A stretch of DNA of 63,465 bases, taken from a virus (taxonomy: Duplodnaviria > Caudoviricetes). The notes beneath the pieces are model-generated. The model ran no database searches and had not been told where the DNA came from. It saw only the letters and a list, made by a program, of their open reading frames with translations. This document shows positions 18,606 through 27,990 of the stretch, piece after piece. The stretch is taken from IMG/VR virus record IMGVR_UViG_3300027593_000199, positions 1 through 63,465 of that record; one strand, written 5' to 3'. The position numbers and the translations under genes are program-made. How positions within the stretch are numbered: position 1 is the first letter of the stretch; every line of letters begins with the position of its first letter.

Positions 18606-18679
18606 TGGTTGCGCAGCTAGGATTCGCACCTAGAACTGAGGATTATGAGTCCTCTGTGATACTGTTTCACTACCGCGCG
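18606..18679 (-). tRNA. tRNA-Met(CAT), initiator-like
   Basis: CGCGCGG/CTGCGCA acceptor with C1:A72 mismatch; anticodon arm GAGGA-CTCATAA-TCCTC; T arm CTAGG-TGCGAAT-CCTAG; encoded CCA. Confidence 0.88.
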
Positions 18680-19080
18680 TCTGATAGTTTTAAATGTTTT
18701 CTGTGAACTTTACACATTACCCATGAATTATAGAACAGTTCTGGATAAAAGAGAACATTTTCTTGAAATTGTTGCATAGCTTCATAGTAACTACACTCAC
18801 CTTTTGTTTTGCACAGGTATAGTATAGTTCTGGTAAAGTTATCATTTCCATGAAGCTCAACATCTTTCTTAAGCTCTTCATTAGAACCGTAATATTCTTT
18901 CCAGTCTGACTCTGCTTTGTACTTCTTTTTCTTACCTTTTACTTGGCGTTGCTTCTGTGAGTAGAAAAACTTCTTACCAATATACTGTCTACCAGATAAA
19001 ATATTAGTAATATTATACACAAACCCATAATATCCTTCCGGTATCTCTGACAGGACTTGCTGCTGATAAACCCAGTCCAT
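18670..19080 (-). CDS. GIY-YIG endonuclease (Seg-like)
   Basis: GFVYNITN...RQYIGKK...YYGS...YYE...FYN. Confidence 0.8.
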   Translation of the reverse strand: MDWVYQQQVLSEIPEGYYGFVYNITNILSGRQYIGKKFFYSQKQRQVKGKKKKYKAESDWKEYYGSNEELKKDVELHGNDNFTRTILYLCKTKGECSYYEAMQQFQENVLFYPELFYNSWVMCKVHRKHLKLSDAR

Positions 19081-19241
19081 TAAAGATTATCATCATCATA
19101 AAACTCTTCGTCAAGGTCTGTGTCCATTACAGAACCACAATAAGGACAAAAGGTAATTTCTTCATCTATATTGAAACCATCTACCTGGAATTCGGAATCA
19201 CAGGTTCTGCAAACCTTAGGATTAATCTCGTCCCCAATCAT
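19080..19241 (-). CDS. Small zinc-ribbon protein (53 aa, not in ORF track)
   Basis: Read by hand: MIGDEINPKVCRTCDSEF...FCPYCGS...acidic tail. Confidence 0.7.
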   Translation of the reverse strand: MIGDEINPKVCRTCDSEFQVDGFNIDEEITFCPYCGSVMDTDLDEEFYDDDNL

Positions 19242-19249
19242 ACTCTCTC

Positions 19250-19714
19250 CTAAATTGAATCTTTACATACTGCATTATAAACTTCGTTCCTTGATGTATT
19301 AGGAACATTCATGTTAGTTATATATGTTCCCCAATCATGAGTCTGGTGAAATAAAACAACTTCCTTACTACTAGCATAGAAGTCGCCCATTAGATACAAT
19401 TCTGCTGTGTCGCAATTCAATATACCATAAGAATACATCTTCTTTACTCCTCCAGCCATATAGGAGTATGTTTGTTCTTTGTGAAAAATAGACATTCCGT
19501 GGAATGTATGAACTCTCTTACTCTTATCCTTTAATAACTCCACAGGAACATACACATCATAGTTTGCTGTTTTTGTTATTAACTTCCAATCACTCTGGTT
19601 GTAAATAATAGCAGGCTTACCATCTTTATCTTTGATTATATCAATATCAAAGTTGTTTTCTGCAAGTACCGAAGTTGAAACGAATAATGCAATAGCTATT
19701 AATAGTTGTCTCAT
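19250..19714 (-). CDS. Exported protein
   Basis: Signal peptide ...SVLA; two Cys. Confidence 0.7.
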   Translation of the reverse strand: MRQLLIAIALFVSTSVLAENNFDIDIIKDKDGKPAIIYNQSDWKLITKTANYDVYVPVELLKDKSKRVHTFHGMSIFHKEQTYSYMAGGVKKMYSYGILNCDTAELYLMGDFYASSKEVVLFHQTHDWGTYITNMNVPNTSRNEVYNAVCKDSI

Positions 19715-19745
19715 TTTTATACTCCTTGTTGGAGTAAGTATATAG

Positions 19746-20519
19746 TTATTTTGGAATTTCCTTGACTGGTTCCGATGATATTATATACTTAATAATTAAA
19801 CCTGCAGGATCTACCTCGTACCATTTCTTACTACAGGTATAATATCCTGGATACGCGTGGTGAGTGTTGTGGAAAGGACTTCCAGCCAAAGGTACCAACC
19901 ACAAGGAGTTGCGTGAGTTATCTCCAGTAGCGTGATCAACATATCCATACCTATGAGCTATTATATTGGTAAAAATACTAATAAGATGGAAGTTGAGTAC
20001 GGCTGATAGTAAAAGTACATACACAACAAACTTCAGACTTATTAATGAAACGACAGCTAATGACGTCCAGTAAATTAAGAAGAAGTACTTATCAGTAAAT
20101 TGCATCAACTTGTTATCAGCACATCTTCTGATAGTCTTTACATCAGGTTTGATACTATGACCTTTTTTGAACGGTCCTAACCATAACCATGTACCTAAGA
20201 AATCGTATGATGGGTGTGGGTCCTTTTCTGTATCGGAATATTTGTGATGTGTGCTATGTACAGACGCCCATAATGTGTATGAGCCTTGTAGATTAAACAT
20301 TGTCAAAAAGTGAAGAAACACCTCCACAGTACGATTCATCTTAAACGACTGATGAGTAATATATCGATGGAGGTATACTTCTAAACCCACAATACCAAGT
20401 ACATTGGTTGCAATAACCGTATATAACAGCCATGATGGATCCCACATATAATACAAACCTACAATGAGTAGAATATGTGCTACCATCAAGTTGTATACAA
20501 TGTTACGATAATGTTGCAC
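19746..20519 (-). CDS. Membrane fatty-acid (delta-9-like) desaturase
   Basis: His boxes HRYITH, HSTHH, HNTHH; SDTEKDPH; WYEVDP; TM helices. Confidence 0.9.
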   Translation of the reverse strand: MQHYRNIVYNLMVAHILLIVGLYYMWDPSWLLYTVIATNVLGIVGLEVYLHRYITHQSFKMNRTVEVFLHFLTMFNLQGSYTLWASVHSTHHKYSDTEKDPHPSYDFLGTWLWLGPFKKGHSIKPDVKTIRRCADNKLMQFTDKYFFLIYWTSLAVVSLISLKFVVYVLLLSAVLNFHLISIFTNIIAHRYGYVDHATGDNSRNSLWLVPLAGSPFHNTHHAYPGYYTCSKKWYEVDPAGLIIKYIISSEPVKEIPK

Positions 20520-20521
20520 AA

Positions 20522-21505
20522 TTAATCCTTAGCCCAAACATCATCCCATGTACCACTCAGTGCTCCTTTAGCATAGTCAGTTGCTCTATTCTCAAAGAAG
20601 TTAGTATGCGTTGGTGCATTAATCATTTCCTCGACCCATGGTAATGGATTCTTCTTTACTTTAAAGATACCTTTCAAGCCCAACGAAATAAGGCGACGAT
20701 CGCAGATGTAACGAATATAACGCTTAACATCATCGGAACTAAGACCTTCCATTGCACCCATTGAGAAAGATAAGTCAATAAACTTATCTTCAAGCTCGAC
20801 CATCTTTTCTGCAATTGAATAAATTTCTGATTTAAGTTCATCTTTCCATATATCCCTATTCTCTTCCACATAGGTCCGAAATAGTCTAATCATGGACTCT
20901 GCGTGTTGTGTTTCATCTACGATGGACCAAGTGATGATCTGACCCATCCCCTTCATCTTTCCATGACGCGGAAAGTTAAGTAGCATGATAAACGAACTAA
21001 ACAACTGCATACCTTCTGTAAAGGCACTAAACGCTGCAATCTGTTGTGCAATTGTAGATGCATCCTGACCAGCTATAGATAAGAAGTAGTCGTGCTTTGC
21101 TCTCATCTCATCATACTGAAAGAACTCATTATACGTAGACTCTGGCATGCCAAGAGTCTCAATCAAATGACTGTAAGCAGCAACGTGTAATGCTTCTCTT
21201 GCTGCAAAACCCATCAACATCATTCTAACCTCTGGTTGAGGAAAGTATGGTAGATAGTTGTTAACATATCCACCAGCTACATCTACGTCACCTTGTGTAA
21301 AGAATCGTAAGATGTTTGTTAAGAAATGTTTCTCATTATCGTTTAGTTTATTCTTCCAATCCTTTACATCTTCTATCATTGGTACTTCTGTATGCATCCA
21401 GTGAGACTGCTCATGCTTTAGCCAAGCATCATATGCCCAAGGATAGTGAAACGGTTTAAAGAAGTTACGTTCATCTGTCAGTTTTAGTTTTTGTTGCTTA
21501 ATCAT
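20522..21505 (-). CDS. nrdB: Ribonucleotide reductase class Ia beta subunit
   Basis: FFTQGDVDV, REALHVAAY, FTEGMQLFSSF, VDETQH, NFFENRAT. Confidence 0.95.
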   Translation of the reverse strand: MIKQQKLKLTDERNFFKPFHYPWAYDAWLKHEQSHWMHTEVPMIEDVKDWKNKLNDNEKHFLTNILRFFTQGDVDVAGGYVNNYLPYFPQPEVRMMLMGFAAREALHVAAYSHLIETLGMPESTYNEFFQYDEMRAKHDYFLSIAGQDASTIAQQIAAFSAFTEGMQLFSSFIMLLNFPRHGKMKGMGQIITWSIVDETQHAESMIRLFRTYVEENRDIWKDELKSEIYSIAEKMVELEDKFIDLSFSMGAMEGLSSDDVKRYIRYICDRRLISLGLKGIFKVKKNPLPWVEEMINAPTHTNFFENRATDYAKGALSGTWDDVWAKD

Positions 21506-21514
21506 CTGCTTTTT

Positions 21515-22030
21515 TTACCTTATTGGCCAGTGTTTGTTATATTTTTCGTAGTAAAACATATTTTCTTGCTTATCATCATCATAGTACTCAGCAACATAGT
21601 CAGACTTAACTCTTGAATTAATATTCTCAACCATTGTTACTAGTGTTATATCTTTCCTATTGTATCTGAAGTCGTCTTGTAATACGTTTAGCATCCACTC
21701 CCAATTACCACCTCGAATAATACATGCTTCAACTAGTATCAGCTTTTTAAACTTAGTGATGTCTATATATTGAGATCTCATCTTGTCAATATAGTATTGA
21801 GAGTCTTCATCTGGATATGTTACATCCACAGGTATAATACTAAGTGCGTCTCCATCTCTTGACCACGCGTGAGCAAGATGCATTGCTACGGTTGCTGAGT
21901 AGTCGGGTGATGCCATTATAACAGCTGTATCACTAGGATCAAAGGATGAGGAGTCAACAATAGTTTCTAATCGTTGAATAAGTTCCCACTCCTTTTCCCT
22001 TGTTACAAAATGTAGAGGTCTTCTATTCAT
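21515..22030 (-). CDS. Phosphoribosyltransferase-like protein
   Basis: LILVEACIIRGGN resembles a PRPP-binding loop. Confidence 0.55.
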   Translation of the reverse strand: MNRRPLHFVTREKEWELIQRLETIVDSSSFDPSDTAVIMASPDYSATVAMHLAHAWSRDGDALSIIPVDVTYPDEDSQYYIDKMRSQYIDITKFKKLILVEACIIRGGNWEWMLNVLQDDFRYNRKDITLVTMVENINSRVKSDYVAEYYDDDKQENMFYYEKYNKHWPIR

Positions 22031-22200
22031 GCTCTACTACCCTTCTCTAACATTAGGATTACTTGTTTAGTATAGTTTATTTCTTTAAGTGTGTGCTCCA
22101 TAGTTGCGTATAGAGTCATCAGTCTACTTCTCTGTATCTCTATCTCAACATCAGTCTCTTCCTTTTTAGGAGGTGTGGGGAAGTTGATTATATCAGCCAT
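22027..22200 (-). CDS. Small hypothetical protein
   Basis: MADIINFPTP. Confidence 0.6.
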   Translation of the reverse strand: MADIINFPTPPKKEETDVEIEIQRSRLMTLYATMEHTLKEINYTKQVILMLEKGSRA

Positions 22201-22208
22201 GATTGATA

Positions 22209-22400
22209 TCACTTTTCACAGGTACGTGTTCTAGTCACTGTACCATCTGGATTTTTAACTTCCTCCCAAGCCGTACAAACTTGTTTATCTACCTTCTTTT
22301 CCATAGTTGCTGGTTTTTCAAATACAGGTTCAATAATAAAATAATTTGCACCCCACCAACCAAAGGCACTAACGAAGCCGTATAATAACATTTCAGCCAT
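22209..22400 (-). CDS. Small membrane protein
   Basis: N-terminal TM; C-terminal Cys pair. Confidence 0.6.
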   Translation of the reverse strand: MAEMLLYGFVSAFGWWGANYFIIEPVFEKPATMEKKVDKQVCTAWEEVKNPDGTVTRTRTCEK

Positions 22401-22401
22401 T

Positions 22402-23046
22402 CTATTTCTCCATCAACTCGTTTACAAAGTCTAATAGTAGTTTATGCTGTACACCTCCATGATAGTGATCCTTCATCCAACTATGATATGTGTACCATAT
22501 AGGTGTACTCTCAGGATGACACCCTATTATTCCAATGTTCTTTTGTATGATAGCCATTGGATCGCCATTACTATATCTTGCAATAGTTTCAAATTTAGTC
22601 TCATCTCCAGCTAATGCACAACCGTCAAAGAAAAACATCTTATGTGCTTCGCCTTTCCATGTTATTGGCATAGCCTTTGCATGTGGTCGTTTCGTATCTG
22701 CATTAGGTCGTATTATATACTGGACAGCATCCACGTCTTCTAAAATATTGAAGTAGTGTGATCCTGCCCAGTATGCACCCATACAAATACCAAGATACTT
22801 ACCACCATTATTCAGAAAATCATATATCTTTGTTCCGTTATTGTTGAACAGTTGATGCCATGATTCTGAATCTCCTTCTCCTCCAGGAAAGGCAACAATA
22901 TCAACATCATCAAAGAAGTCTTTTTCTACTTTATGTTTGGTAAATATTTTAAACGTGTATTCGTCAGACAGAGCTTCAATTATACCATTACCACATTGTA
23001 TGGAACATCTGGGGTGATGCAAAAAAAGAGCTATCTTACGTTTCAT
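22402..23046 (-). CDS. Class I glutamine amidotransferase-like (BPL-N-type) protein
   Basis: FPGG, YLGICMGAY nucleophile elbow, GCHPE; probable start MKRKI. Confidence 0.8.
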   Translation of the reverse strand: MKRKIALFLHHPRCSIQCGNGIIEALSDEYTFKIFTKHKVEKDFFDDVDIVAFPGGEGDSESWHQLFNNNGTKIYDFLNNGGKYLGICMGAYWAGSHYFNILEDVDAVQYIIRPNADTKRPHAKAMPITWKGEAHKMFFFDGCALAGDETKFETIARYSNGDPMAIIQKNIGIIGCHPESTPIWYTYHSWMKDHYHGGVQHKLLLDFVNELMEK

Positions 23047-23047
23047 T

Positions 23048-24832
23048 CTATCCCTCACACGCAAGACAGACATCTTCGGTTGCTAATGCTATTAGATCAA
23101 TCTCCTCGATAACCTGACGCTCAATCTTCTTAGATACCTTGTCAGCCTTACCGATCTTTTCTGAACGACAATAATATAAACTCTTTAATCCTTGCTTCCA
23201 TGCTTGGAAGTGTACTGCGTGTAGATACTTAACATTTACATCTGGTCTAAAGAACAGATTGAGAGACTGAGCTTGATCTATGTACTCTTGTCGATCTGCA
23301 GCATGCTGTACCAACCAACGTTGGTCAATCTCCATACTTGTCTTGAAGACATCCTTGGTCCATTCATCCATCCATTCCAGATGCTGGACGGAACCGTCAT
23401 TTGCAATAATACTTGACCATATTTCATCGCTATCTAATTCCTTATCAAGGTCACATGCCTGTTTAATAATTCTATCTAAGTGTTTGTTCTTGTTGAGCGA
23501 AGAGCCTGATAACGTATCTTGTCTGTATGCATTTGCTCGAAATGGCTCAATACTAGGAGAAGTGTTACCCATGATGATAGAACTGCTAGCATTGGGTGCA
23601 ATAGCCATGAGATGGCTGAAGCGAAAACCAGTACCTGTAGCATCCGGCGCTTCACCACGTTCTTGTCCAAGTTGGAGATTAGCTTCATTGAGTTTACTCC
23701 TTATGTGTTTAAACATTTGTTTATTACGACCTACCGCCATGGAAGATTCCCAAGGTAGATTATTCTTCTGTAGATAAGCGTGATAACCAAGAGCGCCCAC
23801 ACCAATGCTGCGCTCTTGGCTAGCAGAGTATACGGCTCTTGCGACACCATGAGGAGCGTTGTCAATAAAGTACTGCAGTACGTTATCAAGCATCTCCGCG
23901 ATGTCCCGTAGAAAAAGTTCATTATCTTTCCAATCATCATAATACTCCAAGTTAACTGACGACAGACAGCATACAGCTGTTCTGTCTTTATCGGTTGGTA
24001 AAATAATCTCAGAACATAGATTAGATTGTCTAACCTTTAGTCCCTTATCTTTCAAGTGCTTTGGAAGATGTTTGTTACTTGTATCAATAAAATGTAAGTA
24101 TGGTTCACCAGTCTGCATTCTAAGTTCCAGAATATGTTGCCACAAAGCTCTTGCAGATACTACTTCGCGAACCTTACCGTCGTGTGGATCAACCAGTTCC
24201 CAACTATCATCCTTGTTAGGATCAATCATACACGCTTCAATCAGGTGCATGAACTTATCACTAACATTGAGTCCGTGATGTAAGTTCAATGCTCTCATAT
24301 TAGGATCCCCAGTAGGCTTACGCATATCCAGAAACATAGATATATCGGGATGATCAATATCAAGGTAAGCAGCATAACTACCGCGACGAGTACGACCTTG
24401 ACGATAAGCAAGGCTACTAGCATCATAGATCCTAAGGTGAGGCATGACACCAGTAGACTTATCATCAGCAGAGCGAATACCAAATCCAACACCTACACCA
24501 CCTCCAAGCATTGAGAGCCAATTTGTTTCTGAGAGGTTATCAACAAGACCAGCTGAGCTATCATGTATGTAATTAAGAAAACAGGATATAGGTAGACCCT
24601 TTTGTGTTCTTCCAAATGAAAGGATGGGAGTAGAGTAAGACAACCAGTGTTTAGATGAGTAGTCATATAATCGTTGTGCGTGATCTTGATTTGATGCAAA
24701 CGTACTTGATACAAATGCAAACCTCTCTTGTGGTGATGTTTCTGAGTCTAGCATATACGACTCTTTTAATCTTTTTAATCCGTGTTCGTCAAACAAACTA
24801 TCTCTACTTGTGTCTATCTTAATTGAATACAT
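23048..24832 (-). CDS. nrdA: Ribonucleotide reductase class Ia alpha subunit (short, no obvious ATP cone)
   Basis: PISCFL, QSNLCSEI, AVCCLSS, IAPNASSS, SLYYCR, C-terminal CLACEG. Confidence 0.95.
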   Translation of the reverse strand: MYSIKIDTSRDSLFDEHGLKRLKESYMLDSETSPQERFAFVSSTFASNQDHAQRLYDYSSKHWLSYSTPILSFGRTQKGLPISCFLNYIHDSSAGLVDNLSETNWLSMLGGGVGVGFGIRSADDKSTGVMPHLRIYDASSLAYRQGRTRRGSYAAYLDIDHPDISMFLDMRKPTGDPNMRALNLHHGLNVSDKFMHLIEACMIDPNKDDSWELVDPHDGKVREVVSARALWQHILELRMQTGEPYLHFIDTSNKHLPKHLKDKGLKVRQSNLCSEIILPTDKDRTAVCCLSSVNLEYYDDWKDNELFLRDIAEMLDNVLQYFIDNAPHGVARAVYSASQERSIGVGALGYHAYLQKNNLPWESSMAVGRNKQMFKHIRSKLNEANLQLGQERGEAPDATGTGFRFSHLMAIAPNASSSIIMGNTSPSIEPFRANAYRQDTLSGSSLNKNKHLDRIIKQACDLDKELDSDEIWSSIIANDGSVQHLEWMDEWTKDVFKTSMEIDQRWLVQHAADRQEYIDQAQSLNLFFRPDVNVKYLHAVHFQAWKQGLKSLYYCRSEKIGKADKVSKKIERQVIEEIDLIALATEDVCLACEG

Positions 24833-24853
24833 TGATACATTACCTCTTTGTTA

Positions 24854-25537
24854 TTATTGTTGAATAAATTCTTTTATCATTGGAAATATGGTGGCTATCT
24901 CACCAGCGCATGCGTGAGCTATTTCCATGTGTTCTTTCTGTGTTCCATTTGCGCTACGTAGTTCAATATAATGCAACCATGATCTTATTGTACCGCTCAT
25001 GTAAAGGCGGGAGACAGTGAGACCTTCTGGTAACACTGCCCTTGCTTGCTCCTTGGCTATACCGTTATTGATAGCCCACTGGTATGTTTCTCTAGCTTCT
25101 CTAATACAAGTTCGTTGTTTTTCATGCCATATACGATTAAGCTCTCTTTGTTCTGGTGTGTCTCCAACTTCAAATGAGTTCTGTCTGTTTCGTTCATCTT
25201 GTAGTCTAGCTTGTCTTGTTTCGAATTCCAACTCTTTAACCGGGTCAGCATATCGTTGACTAAATTCCTGAAAGGAAAAAGACCTGTGGCGAAGTATTTG
25301 TCTTGCGATATCTCTTGTGGTCTCAATTTCGACGCAGGCTGAGACCATCTCGAATGGAGACCAGTGTCTATGCTTCGCGAGGTATCTAATAAGTCGCTCT
25401 GCAGTTTCTTTATTCGACTGGTTTCCTGGATTCGATACTCTTGCACAGAATGCGATGAGATCTTGGATACTTGAATTCTCTTCTTCTCCAACATAAGGAT
25501 TACTCGGTTGAGAGTGGCTTATCAATTTTACTTTCAT
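24854..25537 (-). CDS. thyX: Flavin-dependent thymidylate synthase
   Basis: HWSPFE, RHRSFSFQEFSQRY, KEQAR.VLP, QKEH. Confidence 0.95.
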   Translation of the reverse strand: MKVKLISHSQPSNPYVGEEENSSIQDLIAFCARVSNPGNQSNKETAERLIRYLAKHRHWSPFEMVSACVEIETTRDIARQILRHRSFSFQEFSQRYADPVKELEFETRQARLQDERNRQNSFEVGDTPEQRELNRIWHEKQRTCIREARETYQWAINNGIAKEQARAVLPEGLTVSRLYMSGTIRSWLHYIELRSANGTQKEHMEIAHACAGEIATIFPMIKEFIQQ

Positions 25538-25814
25538 CTTCTATCCATTGTCCAGTTTGTTCAAACTTCAATTCTTGTATTGTCTTCATCTTATGTGTAC
25601 GCCTTGGATTACCACAAAGCATACATCCTGCCTTACCACAATCAAATGTATTGTGCTTTGCTAGTCTATGAGGCTGTTTAATATACTTCTCGTATTTAAA
25701 CGTCTTAGCTAGCTTGTACTGCTTGTTTATATGGTTTTCTTTTTGCTGTAGCCGTTGTTGGTGCTTGGCTTTTGTTGGATCAAGTTCTTCATCTTCATTT
25801 AGTGTCTGCCCCAT
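25500..25814 (-). CDS. Conserved Zn-binding hypothetical protein
   Basis: HRLAKH...CGKAGCMLCGNPR. Confidence 0.7.
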   Translation of the reverse strand: MGQTLNEDEELDPTKAKHQQRLQQKENHINKQYKLAKTFKYEKYIKQPHRLAKHNTFDCGKAGCMLCGNPRRTHKMKTIQELKFEQTGQWIEDESKIDKPLSTE

Positions 25815-26013
25815 GTCTTGCCTCCATTGTGTGCTCCATTAGCTTCTTAGTACCACGAGACCCGATCTGCTGATCTAGTATAGTAATTGCTGACGTCATC
25901 ATTGCACATGCTAGCATTCTGAGTTCATCTTCTGTGTCACATCCCATGATCATTCTATCCATGGCTGTTAGATACCTTTTAGCTTTCTTTTCTATATCTA
26001 GCATTTCTTCCAA
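25795..26013 (-). CDS. Hypothetical protein
   Basis: ORF within operon. Confidence 0.6.
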   Translation of the reverse strand: MEEMLDIEKKAKRYLTAMDRMIMGCDTEDELRMLACAMMTSAITILDQQIGSRGTKKLMEHTMEARHGADTK

Positions 26014-27032
26014 TGACTCAATTTAAGTTTAGCTTCTAAACCAGAAGCTGTATTACAATCAATGAGTAGTTTAACATCTTCTGGCTTCATACCAGATAAT
26101 ACAAGCTCATTAATATCTTTTGGGACTATAGATTGAGGCCATATGCAAACATTGTACCCCAGCTCTATTGATTTTTCAACGATAGAACAAATATCTTTAT
26201 TCTTTGGTTCATTATCAAGAACAATAACAAATTTAGAAGGGTCATTAATAAACTGCTTCAGACCGTTCAGGTTATTAGAGGATCCCATTGCCAGAGCGTT
26301 CGGTAAAAACAGCGAGTCAATAGGTCCTTCTGTTACATAAATCTTTTGAGTTTTATCAATACTATCAAGACCAAATAGCAGCGGCTTCTCAGTGTCAACG
26401 TGTATCGTTATGTATCTCAACTTTGAATTACCAAATGCACGTCCAGTAAACCCAATCAAAGATCCATCCATATCAATGAACGGTATGATTAACCTAGGCT
26501 CATCAATATCTGTAGACTCAAATTTATCGGGTATAATCGTGTTAACCCACTCTTTAAACTTGATACAAAGGAATAGCTTATGATGGTGCTTAGTTGGAAT
26601 CTTTCGCGAATCAACGTACACTTTAGCTGGAGTGTTATAAGGTAAAGAAGATATCTTCTTTAGCTTTTTAAATGCTTCTTCGCGGAGGTATTTAGGGAAT
26701 CTTACTCGGGAGATGTCACGTTCCCTTGCGGTTATTCCTACTTGCTGTGAAGAATATTTTTCAGCTAGTTTCTCTTTTTGATACTCATCAAAGAGGGTAG
26801 GATCAACTTCTTTTATAAAGTTAGCAAGACTCAGGGAAGCATGACAGTTATGGCAATAATACGTTACTTGATTATTCCTAGTGGTTAGGATGAACGCTCT
26901 TGCTTTTCTTTTATCTGTTTTGGAGTCTCCGCATAGAACGCAGCGGCAGTTGTAGGTCCCATCGGTCTTCCTCTTGAATAGAGGAAGCTGGGATGAGATT
27001 AGTCCGATATACTTGTAGTCAATTGGTTGCAT
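25998..27032 (-). CDS. gp61: DNA primase (T4 gp61)
   Basis: CRCVLCGDS...CHNC Zn finger, PRLIIPF, EGPIDSLF, DNEP, KDINE. Confidence 0.95.
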   Translation of the reverse strand: MQPIDYKYIGLISSQLPLFKRKTDGTYNCRCVLCGDSKTDKRKARAFILTTRNNQVTYYCHNCHASLSLANFIKEVDPTLFDEYQKEKLAEKYSSQQVGITARERDISRVRFPKYLREEAFKKLKKISSLPYNTPAKVYVDSRKIPTKHHHKLFLCIKFKEWVNTIIPDKFESTDIDEPRLIIPFIDMDGSLIGFTGRAFGNSKLRYITIHVDTEKPLLFGLDSIDKTQKIYVTEGPIDSLFLPNALAMGSSNNLNGLKQFINDPSKFVIVLDNEPKNKDICSIVEKSIELGYNVCIWPQSIVPKDINELVLSGMKPEDVKLLIDCNTASGLEAKLKLSHWKKC

Positions 27033-27058
27033 ATTGAATCCCTCTTAGTAACAAAGGG

Positions 27059-27087
27059 ATTATATACGCTTACATCATATAAGTCAA
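27059..27087 (-). promoter_or_regulatory. Sigma70 promoter for primase
   Basis: TTGACT-17-TATAAT. Confidence 0.8.
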
Positions 27088-27335
27088 CCAATAGCGTGTG
27101 CAATTGGTCCAAAATGTGCAGCTAGGTACCCTACGACGAGGGCGCCACCAATAACCATGTAGCGCCATTTCTCAAGGATATCGATTCTCTTGTCTATAGA
27201 GTCAATACGCTGCATCATAGCCTCGTGCTGTTCCTTTTGCTCCTTACGGAGCTCTTTCATCATTTCAGAAACGTTTTTGACTTCGTGTTCCAAGATTGCT
27301 ATCCTTGATTGGGTGTCGAAGAGTTCCATGGACAT
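27084..27335 (-). CDS. Coiled-coil protein with C-terminal TM (XhlA/holin-like)
   Basis: RIDILEKWRYMVIGGALVVG. Confidence 0.65.
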   Translation of the reverse strand: MSMELFDTQSRIAILEHEVKNVSEMMKELRKEQKEQHEAMMQRIDSIDKRIDILEKWRYMVIGGALVVGYLAAHFGPIAHAIG

Positions 27336-27336
27336 T

Positions 27337-27534
27337 TTATTTCTTCTTATCTGGAAATTCAGTGCCTTCTAACTTCTTGTGCACTTTAACTTTTTTACAG
27401 ACTTTTACTGTTTTACCGTTCTTTTGCTCTTCACGACAAACTTCTTTAATCTCACCACCAGCAAAAGCTGCTTTAGTCAGTGGTGCAAATAAAAGAAAAA
27501 GAATCATCGATAATATAAATATCTCTTTTTTCAT
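27337..27534 (-). CDS. Small exported protein
   Basis: Signal peptide, Cys pair, basic tail. Confidence 0.65.
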   Translation of the reverse strand: MKKEIFILSMILFLLFAPLTKAAFAGGEIKEVCREEQKNGKTVKVCKKVKVHKKLEGTEFPDKKK

Positions 27535-27543
27535 GGTCTCTCC

Positions 27544-27990
27544 TCAGATTTCTGGTTCCGGAGCTGGTGGTGGAGCCTTCTTACCGCCAAACCCAGCCGT
27601 GATTGCTGCAGGTGCTACTGATACTGTAGGTATATTTATACTTGTACCAAATCCACCAGCAGAAGTAGTTTCCTTAACAGGAGCTGGTGCAGGAGGTGGT
27701 GTATAAGGTTTATTTGCTGCGTCTAGTGCCTTTGCTCTTAGATCCTTATCATTACCAGCCAACATGATACCTGATAAAGTACCAGTCAAGAATGTTGCAA
27801 TGGGAATGATTAACTCAAAGAACTTTTGATCAATAGGACTGATAGCGTTCAGTGGTTGAGTTACAAAGATAATAGAGTATAATACTACAAATACAATACC
27901 AGTTAATGTTAGTGCTAAGCAGATACCGATAAAGAACTTCAGTCGAGCCATCAATTGTTCTTCAGTATACATGATTTCGTTATTTTCCAC
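27544..27990 (-). CDS. Two-TM membrane protein, holin candidate
   Basis: Two TM helices and Pro-rich tail, downstream of endolysin. Confidence 0.6.
   Translation of the reverse strand: MENNEIMYTEEQLMARLKFFIGICLALTLTGIVFVVLYSIIFVTQPLNAISPIDQKFFELIIPIATFLTGTLSGIMLAGNDKDLRAKALDAANKPYTPPPAPAPVKETTSAGGFGTSINIPTVSVAPAAITAGFGGKKAPPPAPEPEI

Noticed and set aside
18594-18629. Longer start for the FkbM ORF (MRILAAQ...)
   Set aside because: Lies within the tRNA T-arm; the ATG at 18593 is more plausible
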